Assembly (NCBI RefSeq): GCF_036321535.1
Contig: NC_087437.1
Coordinates: 6,076,001-6,140,000 of the forward strand
DNA length: 64,000 bases
DNA from: Camelus dromedarius
Lineage: Eukaryota
Direction: 5' to 3'
In this document: positions 39,451 through 51,900 of the stretch, one piece after another
Position numbering within the stretch: position 1 is the stretch's first letter
Layout: each line of letters starts with the position of its first letter
Translations under genes and position numbers: made by a program
Notes under the pieces: generated by a model
The model's input: the letters and a program-made list of their open reading frames with translations, nothing else
Database searches by the model: none
Told to the model about the DNA's origin: nothing

Positions 39451-39639
39451 CAGCGGTTCTCAAATATAGCATGCGCCAGAATTATCTGGAGGGTTTTTGA
39501 AAAACACAGATGGCTTGGCTCCAGCCCTAGAATTTCTGATCCAGTGGGTCTAAGGTGGAGCCACCAAATTTTCATTTCTAACAACTTCCCAGGAAATGTT
39601 GACACTGGTGGTCCAGAGGCCACAATTTAAGAACCACTG
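39451..39639. mobile_element. MER5A, near full length
   Basis: cagcggttctcaaa...atttctaacaacttcccagg...ttaagaaccactg with terminal inverted repeats. Confidence 0.9.
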
Positions 39640-39769
39640 TTCTAAAGGTAGACTCCCACTAGTCTAAGGTAAACAGTATATGATATTCTCCTTGGAAACT
39701 CTTCTTGGTTTGGGAAAGTCAAACTGTTCTAATTTGGTCCAACTGGACTGAAAGGAACTGTTGTTTAGT

Positions 39770-40037
39770 ATTGGATGAAAGGTTTCATTGCCTCTCCCCT
39801 GCCAGGCTAGAACAAGGAAGGCTGTGGCCCCCAAATCATTTGGGATTACAAGAGAAATGAGCCTTAAGAAAAGGACGATGAGGTTAAACAGAGAAAACTC
39901 TTCAGCCCTTAACTGAGCCCCAGAGTTGCAGTACTTCTAGACTTCAGCTGTATGAAATAATTAAGTTCCCCAATGCTTGAGCTGGTTTGAGGTGAGGTTT
40001 TCTGTAACTTGCAGCCAAATGCATTCTGACTGACACA
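39770..40037 (+). mobile_element. MLT1-type LTR 3' half
   Basis: ttgagctggtttgagg...ttttctgtaacttgcagccaaatgcattctgactgacaca. Confidence 0.7.
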
Positions 40038-43000
40038 AAGGGTAAACCTGAAGTTTAAATGAAGAACACAATGACACCTTATTGAAAGCAGGACATGAAT
40101 AAACAAAATCTACATGTACTCCAAGCTTCATTTTAGACATTGGTTAAATATTTCACTCTACACCAATTTTTTAAAAACTGTTAATGAGTACCAAAATGAA
40201 TAGCCTCATATTTTTCCTTGCCCATCCTAATGAATAGCAAAAGGACAAAGTAGGAGGAAGAAGAAAAAGATCTAAATCATTTTATCCACAAAGTGAATAA
40301 ATAATCATTGAGTTGACTGAAAGAAAAAAATTGGATTATTTTTGCTGTCTTATCTTTAACTTTCAATTTTCCTAATATAGTCTCACTCCAACCACAGAGG
40401 GGCAAAAAAAAAAAAAAAAAAAAAAAGGTAGGGGGAAGAGGAGACCCCCCCTTAACTAAAAGAAACTGAGTAACACAGAGATTTTTCAATTTTGTGGTGT
40501 TCGGGGATTGCCGAAGCAAAGGTTTGGGGGCTAGTTAATTCTAAAGTTATACTGAAACTGTATTTCTAATTACTTATTTCCATCTGAGGGGGATACTTCT
40601 TAACCAAAGACACAAGAGAATCTTAAATTTTAGAAGAATGTAGTATGATTTTATCTCTAGTTAAAGAAAGCAAGGGGACAGAAAAGGGCAGGAAGACAAA
40701 ACCTGAGACGGCGCAGAATTCAAAGGTATGACTACCTATATATTCAAAAATAATTAGCGAAGCTGCTTAAACACAGACAGTGACAACAACCATTTGCCTT
40801 CATCCATTTGCCGAGATGCTTTGGTCCCAGCAAGGCGCTGGTTGTCATCAATCTTGTGTCTCTCCTGTCCAGTCACCACCCAACAAAGCAGAGCAGCCTG
40901 AGAAGCCCCCTTAATTAGAACACGGAGCCGAACACAAATGAGTTCTTGTTCCACTAGTAAGATGAAGGAGTGGAGATTAGCTTATAAATTGCTGAAGAGA
41001 GTCTATTTCAATATTAGCGACATGAAAATATAAGTTTCAATTGTGATATTAAACATGGTAATATTTACTTCATCCATAATTGAGAGACATGCTCAAAATA
41101 ATTCATTTTGGGAGTGCTATTAGATAGTATTTGCCTGAAACAAATTATGCAAATACTTATATCTTGTAATTTATTCAATTGCTTTCTAATTCCTCATTTT
41201 CTTAACTAAATTAGCTAAAACGGGAAATATATGACCAAAAAATGAATGTCCATCATCCAAATTAGTGTACAATGAATTCATCTTTCAAACCATCAGACCC
41301 AAGATGGGCAGATTTCTCTTGCTGCCTTAAAGGAATACTGCCCATTTACACTGACACACAGGGGTTGGGGTGGTTTCACGGAGACACTTGGGCTCCTGCA
41401 GAAGCTCCCACAAAATGCACCAATGGCAAGCAGTTAATTCATCAATTAACCCAAGTATTTTTGAGGAAAAGATAGTACTAAACAATCCAGCATGAGATGT
41501 GCAATCGTGGTTGTTTGAGGTCCCTGTCTGCAAAATGCATCGTGGAGCCAGGCAAGGCCTATGCTGTTTCTAATTATTCCAATTATCATGGCTCACTATG
41601 AAAACTTGATTAATAACACCGAAGATATTGTTGTGGCAATTAGCCATATGGTTGTGGGACTCGATTCTGTCACGATTTAGCCATTAGCATCTACTTATGT
41701 TTGTCAGAACAGTGCATCCGTGACAAGTTGAAGTTCCGCTCACCTTGCCGAGTCCCCTGTGAGCAACACTGGAGAACTGTTTATTCCTACGAGCCTCTTG
41801 CCTGAGTAAATTTTTCATGTGGCATCCGGTCTGACTGGGGACAAATGTCAAATAGCTTATGTGACGACCCATCAACCCATGGTTTCTCTGAGAAACCACT
41901 TAGTGACTTGTGTGTCACAACAGACTAGGAGAAGAGAGAATGTGACCAATAATAACTGGTCATCTTTGTGTCCCCACAGATTTCCATGCTTAGTAATTCA
42001 GGGAAATTCATAAATCTGTAAATATGGCATGAAAAAGGATATACACATACTCTCACACACGCCATACAGCAGAAAATTAACCACCTGTAACATTTTGCAT
42101 GACATTTGCAATGAATTTATCTAAGAGAACTGAGGATATAATCTTTTTAATCATGGATGAGGAGATCACTTTAGGGGGAAAAAAAGGCAGATGTTGGTCA
42201 GTACCTAAAATTAATGCTAGAGAGAAAACAGCCCAGGACCTGGCAGCAGAAGACTAAAAAGATCAACTAAGGAAAACAAACTTTAAATTTGAAAAGGAAT
42301 GAATGTTACTGTGAGAAACAGAACACTTCATTTAATAGTAAAAAAATAAATAAATAAAGCTTTAGAATAGTTGCTAGCAGTAGCGAATGTGCCAGACAGT
42401 TCTCCTAGAAAGAACGAGGATGGTAAACAGTTCCCACTGTGTGTTTACAAACCCTTCAGGCAGCCCAGAGCTCCCAGATGGAAGTGGGGGCTTTGGGAAC
42501 ACAGCGGGGGAGGAAGAACCCAGTTGCCATCTCGTGCCATCTTGTACTTGGGTCCCCTCCACACTGGGGATGGGTCCCAACATGAAGGCACCAGACCGAT
42601 ACCCAGCTCTTGCCTGCAAACCTTCAGTTTGGGAAGCTCACAATGAGAAGCAGCCCACGAGTCTGCTTCTGGGGCACGAACAACCACACGGGGGAGAAGG
42701 GGGTCTTTGGGCAAGCGAGAGGCTGAGATCCCCCCCCAAAAAAGAAGCTGGCCCGTATCTAAGTCCAGCTGCCACCACAAGCAGGGAGGTGGCCGCAGCA
42801 GTGCTTGCGTGTGACCATGCTGAGGCGCTGGGCACACCCACGGCCTCCGAGTGAGAAGGAAGAGCTCACTAACACCCGGTTTAGAGTCAGCAGATGGAGA
42901 AAGGGCATGTCTGCCAAAGAAGAAGTCCGGGCTAAGTCTGTCACTGTGACTTTAACACTGTGACTTGTTTCATGTTAGGAAACTGAGAGTGGCGAGGTCA

Positions 43001-43499
43001 ACACACCCTGAAGACCTTGGAGTGTTGTCCTGTGGAGTCTACACTCTTCCCAGAAGAGAGCAAAGAGCAGGGGGTTAGAAGAGGGGTGGGTATGTCCCCA
43101 CGGCGGAGTCGGGTTAGTGACGGCGGGAACCAGCTTCTTTCCCAGGGATCTAAGCAATTTCACCCAACGCACACATACTTGTAAGTGCAGGCTGGGTCCC
43201 GCAGTGTATGTCTCCTTCTCTCAGTCACCCAGAGCTCCAGATGTGTCCCTGCTCTTTCTTTGCTAATTTCATCAGTCACCACCAGATCACATCCTTGTCA
43301 GATAAACTCCTGGGCTGTAGCACTCACCTCTTCAAGTCTCTGAAAATGTCACATTAATATGTACAGAATTCCTTTAGTTTTACACAGCAGATATATTTTA
43401 ATTTTATCTTTAGAAAAAATGTGCAGATAAATATTTTCTGTAGTATGTCTGCTATAAAGCTGTATTTTCCTATAAAACGCTTGTCTTAAGTTATAATAA

Positions 43500-43690
43500 A
43501 TCACACTGGGTAACATTTATTCCAGTGATTACTACAGTGAGATTTAAATGAAGTGGCATTTCATTTAATTCTGAACTCTTTAAAGCTATTGCACCCATTT
43601 AGCAGATGAGAAACTGGAGCTGAGGGCACACAGGTCACTTTTCCAAGGTCACGCCTAGCGGAACTGAGTTCATGTTATAGAGCCTTCTAG
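43500..43690 (-). mobile_element. MIR SINE
   Basis: cccatttagcagatgagaaactgg...ccaaggtcac (MIR core). Confidence 0.7.
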
Positions 43691-43959
43691 TAAAAGGCAT
43701 TTAAAGGAAAACTTTTAAACCACCACATTTACATGCAGCCAAGTGTCTGGGAAGATGTTAATAGCACATTACAAATGACTGTAAAAGGAAAATTCAGGCT
43801 AAAAACTGCAGTAAGAAATTGCAATCCATTACTGTAACAGATACAGATTTGAACAGGCAACTCAAACTCAAGCCTCTGACACAGGACTCAACACTGCACA
43901 CAGCCCACTCCTGCTGGGTCTGCAGTGGAGGGTGGAGCTAATGGCTCCTCGCCCTTAAG

Positions 43960-44600
43960 CTCCCCCTCCCCGTCTCCAGTCCATGAGGGCCAAGACACAT
44001 CACTCTGACTTGGAGTCATTCTTCCCTCTGCAACTCCCCTGCCAAACACCTTCCCTCCCCTGCCTGATGCTGCACCCATTCTCTGTCTCCTTGCTGCCAT
44101 CCTATTTAGGACCATTCTGCCGCCAGACAGAGCTTCCTAAAATGCAAATCTGATCAACGCTGCCTTGCACTGTTCACCTGATGAACGCCTTACTCTGGCA
44201 TCTACACTCCTGAATACCTGCTGAGACTCATTTTTGGCCACTTCCCCACATGCAGCCCACATTTTAGCCCTTCTGCAGATCACAAAGTCATGATCTCCTT
44301 GCCACTTTTCCACACAACAGAAATGCTGTCCTTTCCATGGATTTTGGGAACAGCTTCAAAACCTTTCTGAAATTACCTCTTCTTGCCTGACCCGCCTCCT
44401 GACTATCATGAAGCCCAGATGACCATTCTCCATCCGAGCTACCAGCACATCGACCTGTGTCACTACATAAGTCTTTCAGAGTCACAGGCCTTTTATTTAC
44501 ACAGTGTCTTCTTTATTCCATGATGAATCAATCCTTTGAGCTGTATTTCTGGAGTCGGCACCAGCACATAATAAGTGCTGAATTAAAGGGAAATGTTTGA
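43960..44600 (+). mobile_element. L2 3' region
   Basis: cttcctaaaatgcaaatctgatca...cagcacataataagtgct. Confidence 0.6.
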
Positions 44601-44945
44601 TCTGCATTAAAAATAATTGGTTTTATGTATTTTTCGACATATCAGCTAATGTCAAGGTTGACTTTATTATTTTTCCTTATTACAAAAGTAATCAGTATTT
44701 GTCTCAGAAAAGACAGAAAATAAAAGCACAAAGAGGAAAACAGAAAGTTACCCATAATCTCATAGCCCTGAAATAATCGTGGATTATGGCTTTCCAATTC
44801 CACTTCTATGCATATATAAGATACAAACACATTTATTTTATAATAAAAATATGCTCATAATATGTATATTATAATCCTTTTTCTGTCAACAACTATTTCT
44901 CTCTAAAGAGTGATTTAAAGTAGCTGAATAGTGTTCCATTGTAGA

Positions 44946-45845
44946 CAGAGACATTTCTTCAAATATATTCAGATGGCCAATAAGCACATGAAAAGATGCT
45001 CAACATCACTTAATTATTAGAGAAATGCATATCAAAACCACAGTGAGTTATCACCTCACACCAGTCAGAATGGCCATCATCAAAAAGCCTAATAATAAAT
45101 GCTGGAGAGGGTGTGGAGAAAAGGGAACCCTCCTGCACTGTTGGTGGGAATGTAAATTGGTGCAGCCACTATAGGAAACAGCATGAAGATTCCTTAAAAG
45201 TTAAAACGAGTTATCCTATGATCCAGCAACCCCATACCTGGGCATATATCCAGAGAAAACTCTAATTCAAAAGACACATGCACCCCAATTTTCACAGCAG
45301 CACCATTTACTTACCATAGCCAAGACCAGGAAACAACCTAAATGTCCATCAACAGATGACTGGATAAAGAAAATAGAATTACTACTCAGCTATAAAAAAG
45401 AATGAAATAATGCCATTTGAAGCAACATGGATGGGCCTAGAGATAACCATACTAAGTGAAGTAAGTCAGAGAAAGACAAATATCATATGATAGCATTTAT
45501 ATGTAGAATCTAAAAAATAGTACAAATGAACTTATTTACAAAACAGAAACATACTCACAGACATAGATAACAAACTTACGGATACCAAAGAAGGAAGGAG
45601 AAGGGATAAATTGGGAGTTTGGGATTAACAGATGCACACTACTATATATATAAAAAAAGGACAAACAACACAGATTTACTGTATAGCATAGGGTACTGAG
45701 TATCTTGTAATAAACTATAATGGAAAAGAATTGAAAAAAAAAGGAATATAGATACATATATATGTGTAACTGAATCACTTTACTGTACACCTGAAACTAA
45801 CACAATATTGTAGATCAACTATACTTCAATTAAAAAAAAATTAAA
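44946..45845 (+). mobile_element. Young L1 3' end (~0.9 kb) inserted into an older antisense L1ME remnant (~44650-46860), with TSD
   Basis: cacatgaaaagatgctcaacatcactaatt...aactatacttcaatt plus A-tail; TSD taaagt(a/g)gctgaatag at 44916-44931 and 45846-45861. Confidence 0.93.
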
Positions 45846-46249
45846 TAAAGTGGCTGAATAGCAGTATTCCATCATACAGATAGACTGTTAACTACTGAAC
45901 TAGTCCTCTATGTTTAGGCATTTAAATTCACAGAATTTTTCAGTATCATAAATGATATCGCCAAAAAGCCTCTAAAGCAAAATCTCTGCATATCATTAAT
46001 TACTTTTCTGGAATAAATTCCCAGTAATGGAACTGGAGGATAAAGGTTATGTACATTTTTAATGTACATTTTAATGCATTTTGAAACAAATCAATGCTTT
46101 CCATGCAACTTCCCCAACGCATGCTGCATTATTTTGGTTTTCCCTTTGCTAATCCAATAAGCAAAAATGACGTATCACTGTTGCTTTAATCAACATGGCT
46201 TTGATTGCTGAGTTAAATTTTATGTTTATTAGTCTTTATGTGCATACAG

Positions 46250-46250
<1 letters not shown>

Positions 46251-46274
<24 letters not shown>
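46251..46274 (+). repeat. (CA)12 microsatellite
   Basis: Read directly from the sequence. Confidence 0.97.
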
Positions 46275-46280
<6 letters not shown>

Positions 46281-47853
46281 CAGCAAAATGTTTCTACAGT
46301 CTTCCCACTTCTCTATTCAGTTGTTATTCCTCTTTGTATTTATCTGTAAGAGGTTTTAATATATTAAGGCCGTTAATCCTTTGTGACATAGTTGTAAATA
46401 CTTTTTTGCAGTTTGTCCTTCAGTTGATGGTGTTTTCTCCCAAACATTTAACATTTTTACTTTCTAAAACCTCTTAATCCTCTTCATGGTTTTCTTGCTT
46501 TGAAATCATACACAGAAAGGCCTCCCCATATCTAAGAATACTTAATATTCAACTATTTTGTCTAGTTTTTTGTACTTTTACTTTTTATTTTTAAATCTCT
46601 GTGGAATTAACTTCAGCGAATGGCTGGAGTAAGGACCAATTTTTCCCAAGTAGACAACTCCCTCAACACTTGACTCAACAATTTATCCTTCTCCATAAAT
46701 GTGAAGTCACCTTTATCACGTCAGTACACGTGAGCACGCAGAACACACTCACTGTCTGCCTACTGCTAGCAGACATTAATTCTTACACATACTTGAATCT
46801 GTCTGTGGACTTTCTGTTCTGTTCCACAGAACAGTTCATTGCTGTACTAGGTTGACAATGTATATAAGTTAACCAGCAATTAAAAATTTATCTTTATATA
46901 TTTTTACCTATATGTTTTACAACCTGGGGTGTTTCTGTGTTTTATGCTTTCAAAACAGGGTGGTATTTGGCTCAGGAGTCTGAAATAGTGTAAATTTAGA
47001 CATAACTCCATTTAGTGCCAGCTTTAAGTACTTTGTTAAGCTAGTCAGCTTCCTTGAGACTCCGTATCATTTGCTTTGTCTACCTCAGAGAGAGGTTAGA
47101 AGGGCACATGAAATCAAGCACCTGAAACCACTTGTTAAATGATGACTTTATATATCTAAGTAAGCCTGGTTTAGTCTCTTAATTCTAAATAACCTAGTCT
47201 TTTGAAATTCTTATTCACTTATTTCACAAAATATTCACTAAGAGTATTCTTGCTTCTTAATATGAATTATTGAGAATTAGCTATAATTGATTTTTTCACA
47301 GCTCTAAATTAAATTTTAAGAATGGTGTGACAAGTTACTTAAAATTAGAAACCTAAACTTTTCTTTTGGTAGCATAAAAAAAGTTAATACACTTGCCTTT
47401 TTTAACATCCTGAGATGAAGCAACTGAGTTTTTAAAATGTCAAAATCTAAACACTTCTACCATTCTTTAAAAAACAAATTGAGGAAGTCTAAGCTTAGAA
47501 TTTTTTTAAATGAAATCTAAATCATCTCTTGGTTGTAGCCCCCTTCACACTTATAATACCACCTTGAACTCTAACTTCTTATCTGGGAAAGAAACAAGTA
47601 AAATTGAAACTTAAAAAAAATTATTACTCAAATTTCATACTTCCATATTGGATTTATTCCACAATCAAGTAAGTCAGGCCAATAAATAATTCCTCCTACA
47701 ATTGCAATAGCAGTGTGTATTTGTTGAAAAGCCCCCTTAGAACTGCCACAGCTGCATAGACGCCATCTCCATATAAAAGTGAGACATTTCTTATTAACTC
47801 TATGTTTTCTCTACCAATCCCTGACCTAACCTTCTGCCTCCTAACATAGCAAG

Positions 47854-48023
47854 CAAAGGGATTCTCTATTTTTACGGTGCGGTCAAATCTCCCGAGAATC
47901 TTGTTAAAATGTGAATCCTTAGTCAGGAGGCTACCCTGATGTGGGACCTGAGATTTTGCATTTCTACCAAGCTTCCAAGTGATGCAGTGCAGCTGGTCAA
48001 TGGACCACATTTTGAATAGCAAG
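47854..48023. mobile_element. MER5A1-like element
   Basis: cctgagattttgcatttctaccaagcttccaagtgatgc...ggaccacattttgaatagcaag. Confidence 0.8.
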
Positions 48024-48751
48024 AGACACAGGAGTGTCTTTTAAACAAAACTCCCTATAATTACCATTGCTTCTAGTTTACCTTAGTGAAATATTTCCTG
48101 GCTGTCTTTTCTTTCTTTCTTTTTTTTTTTTTCTGATTTCACTTGCCACTCTCCTCTCTTCAGACTCAATCCCATTCTTTGGATTCATCTATAGCTACTG
48201 GTAACAACTGTGGCACATTCAGGCTGCAGGTGTGAAGCATCAAGTCCTAATGATGCATCATCAGCCATCTGGGGGCACCTGACCATCCCTATCCCTTCCA
48301 GAGCCGCCTCCTTCAAGGACTTAGCAGGCTGGCACTGACAGAAGCCTGTTCTCTTCATTCTAACTGGACTCTCCATTAATAGCTTTGAAATACATTTAAA
48401 ATTAAAAGGTGAAATGAAATATTAACCATGAAATACTAGCACCCCTAAATTGTAGACTGAAACATTTGGTCAGTAGTAATAAGACAGTGGCAGGTCGAGG
48501 AACTAGGAACTTGTCTGAAAACTCTATCACTACCTTGCAAAATGGGTAGAGAAAGAAAGCAAATTAAAACAGAAAGCGAGAAAAAGTAGCACTGAACCAA
48601 CCAAGAGGAGCTGGAGATGAGATGCACTGGATCTCATGGAAATTATTTGAAGCTGAAATACCTACTTTCTTTTGGGTTCTATACGTACATCAAGGATTTG
48701 CAGATGTCTTATGACACGTAGTTTTGCTTCAGTTACTTTGCCAGTATGTCT

Positions 48752-48901
48752 CAGTGGCTCACAACGTCTAGCGTCCGTCAGTCACTTGCAGGGCTTGCTG
48801 AAACAGATGTCAGGACCCCTGTGTTTCTGATTTAGCAGGGCCTGAAGACCCTCCAAGACGATGGTGGTGTTCCTGGTTCACAGACGAACTTAAGAGTCCC
48901 G
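48752..48901. mobile_element. Degenerate MER5A
   Basis: cagtggctcacaac...agggcttgctgaaacagat...gtttctgattta. Confidence 0.6.
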
Positions 48902-51900
48902 GTATGTGTTGCTCTGACAAACAGGCTGTGTATTCTTGTTCTGTTTAAAAGGACTAGTTACGATTTTTAAAATATCTAGGCTTTCACTTGAACGATCCTG
49001 CACATTTTCAATGTGAATTTTCATTTCAGATTTTCACAGGTATGGTGATTACATAACTTTCAATCTAGTTCAAAATACGAGTGAAAAAAGCTTCTTACAA
49101 TGTTGTTTTGTTGGACTGACATACAGTGATGATGAAAAACTTTTGAGAGATAAGTTCTGAAAAGTAAATGAGGGCAGGAAGAGGATCAGGAAAGAGATGA
49201 GAGGTTCCCAAATGAAAATTATTGTTTTGTCCTTTCCAGTAAATTCTTAATGTCTTCAGCTGCAGAAAAGCTGATTTCTGAGGTCCTTTTTGGCCTCATG
49301 AGTTAATCACACCAGGAGGAGTCACTTTAACTCACATGCCTTTAGGAGTAATGATACATTTAAATGATTAAACAATCAGGAAAAAAACTGTCTATCTCTG
49401 TAATGAAAGCAGTTAGCACACAGATCCATGGTTTATATGAGTATCACAAGTCATTTGTAAGTAACATGTTCATTTTAGATACGTAAAGAGTTCTGTCATG
49501 CCCTACGAAATAAATTATATTTTATGGGTGCCCGGGTGTTTCATAACTTTTATTTATTTGCTGCAAGAGTGGAGAATTAAGATAGAGTAGTTTATTTCAC
49601 CAAAAGACTGACAAATGGCTCATTAGACACTTATGGGGCTGAAGCTAATTGTACAATTTTTTTTTGTTGTATTAATTGTCACTGCTTACCATGCTCCTGC
49701 TGGTGGTCACCACAATCCCACAAAACACTCTCGCAAAGAAAAAAACAGAAAATAAAACTTGAAATATAATTTAGGTTGGATGAGCGCATGAGAAAAATGA
49801 CAAAGGATTAAAATGCTGGCCTTTTCCCACTGGGCCACCAACAACCATCAATCCCCAAAGAGCAGTCACTCCCATCACCTAACAGCGTGAGTCAGAGTCA
49901 AACCCAGCCGCTTTTTTGTTACTCAGATTAAACATCATTTACATTATATACCTTTTTTATTTCACCAGAGACATAAGGTCAGAACTGGCTGAGCGTGGAT
50001 TACCTGCATGCAGTGATTTCCCGTGCTTTACGCCCTGTGCTAACGCTGCACAGTAATGGCCTATGGATGCAGAGACAGATGCAGGACCAGTCATTCACCG
50101 CACATTTGCATTAACAAATCATCATTTAATTGAAGCCCGTCCAACAAGTTTATGCTACTTAAAAAAAGTTCCTTTCAGTAAAAGATGCCACAATGACACA
50201 TGGCTGTTAACTACAAGGAAAAATTTTTTTTACAAATTATATTTATTTTTCTGTCAAAGGCTTAGGTGTGCACTAGACAACCATTTGTTAATTTTCATTT
50301 TGCGACGTGTAAATAACCTGACAAATCACATTTCAGTCCAGGCTGCTTGGAGTGGGATCATTCACTCCCTCTCAGATATAAAGAGGCAGTAACACAAGTT
50401 CCCGCATTGCAGATTACACCTCCCACCCCCTTCCCTCGAACATATTAAAGACCACAGCTTAAACAAAAGATATACAGCAGGTATGTGCTAATACTTCTGC
50501 CAAAGCGCCGATATTTACATAAACCTAAAATCTTGCTACTAAGTTTCCTGGGTAAGTATTTAGGAAATTACCCAACAGACTCAAAAAAAAAAAAAAATAG
50601 TAGTAGGGGCGGGTTGTGCAAATACTGATTCTCAACCTTAGTTTCACAAACAGGGTTGCCATTTGTGCCACTTTGAAGATTATTCTGATACACTTACTAC
50701 ATTATCTAGTTCTTTTCTTTAGTGGGGAAAGAGGAAAACAGAGAAGGAAAGAAAGGAAACCCCCAAGCACTCCCTCCCACCTACAAAATTTCTACCTCAA
50801 AACAAGGATGGTTAGATATGGAAAGAGCATTTCCTCCCAGCCCTGTCTAAGTCTTTACATAAAAGTGGTTTTCCTTTGTTCCTGACAAAGGTAAGGACAC
50901 TAATTTAAAATCACCTACCTACCCATAACCCAAATGCAGAGTGTTAAACGCATTTTGTGGATAGATTTGTATACATACAATATCTATTATGTATACAGAC
51001 CAGCATGTGAGAATGAAAGATGTTATGAGTGCTTTATTCTGACAGCTGTTAGGCCAACAACAACTTGGTCCTTAAATGCATGTTTTATTTTCTCCAAATA
51101 AAAAATTACCATTTATTTTCCCCTGGGTTTGTGTACATTAATGATATGTAAAATGTTTTATTTAAAACAGCAATAGAAGTCTCTGAAGTGTTAAAATAAA
51201 CCTTCTAATTGTTTTCTAAATTGCATTCTTTTAAAATAAGAGAGCAAGACTAGAGAAAAATAAGAAAAGAAAAAAAAATTAATCTAAACCACACTAGGTT
51301 GCTTTGGGTTCCTTTTCCAGTCGACTACAGAGACAGGTAAAATTTCACCTTGGTATAGGATTCAGACTAAATTATGGAATACAGAAATGTGTCATAAATC
51401 AACTTCAAAAACTGAACAAAAGATAAATAACAGAAGATTTATATTCTGACATAAAGAACAGTCTCTAACTACAATACAAAGCAAAAAGCAAAAAAATCCT
51501 ACTGTGCTACTCCAGCAGGTCTCCCTGCCCTTTTTATATGCTAACTCAGAACAGTAATTACGGATCTTGCAAGTTGACTTCTGTTTTCCAGAACTATGAG
51601 TTGTACGTAAAACGTGCCTTTTCATCGAAACAATTACCATTAATCAAAACACTGAGAGCTAATACCACTCAAGTCCAACCTACCGCTGTGCCCAGCAATA
51701 TATCAAACTGTCTGTTGTCAAACACACTGAACAAACTGAAACAGACTGTTTTCACTACAAATAACGGGAAAAAAACCAAAAAAAAAAAAAAACGCTTGCT
51801 AAGTAATTTTAAAATTCAAATTGCTATCTCAGTAATCCATTCTGTCACTGGATTTTAATTTTCAGTATTCAATCATAGCCCCAACACAGACAGATCACTA

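Noticed and set aside
42371..42944. Overlapping ORFs up to 155 aa in a GC-rich patch
   Set aside because: Open on both strands because of base composition, with no domain similarity I recognise and no convincing splice framework.
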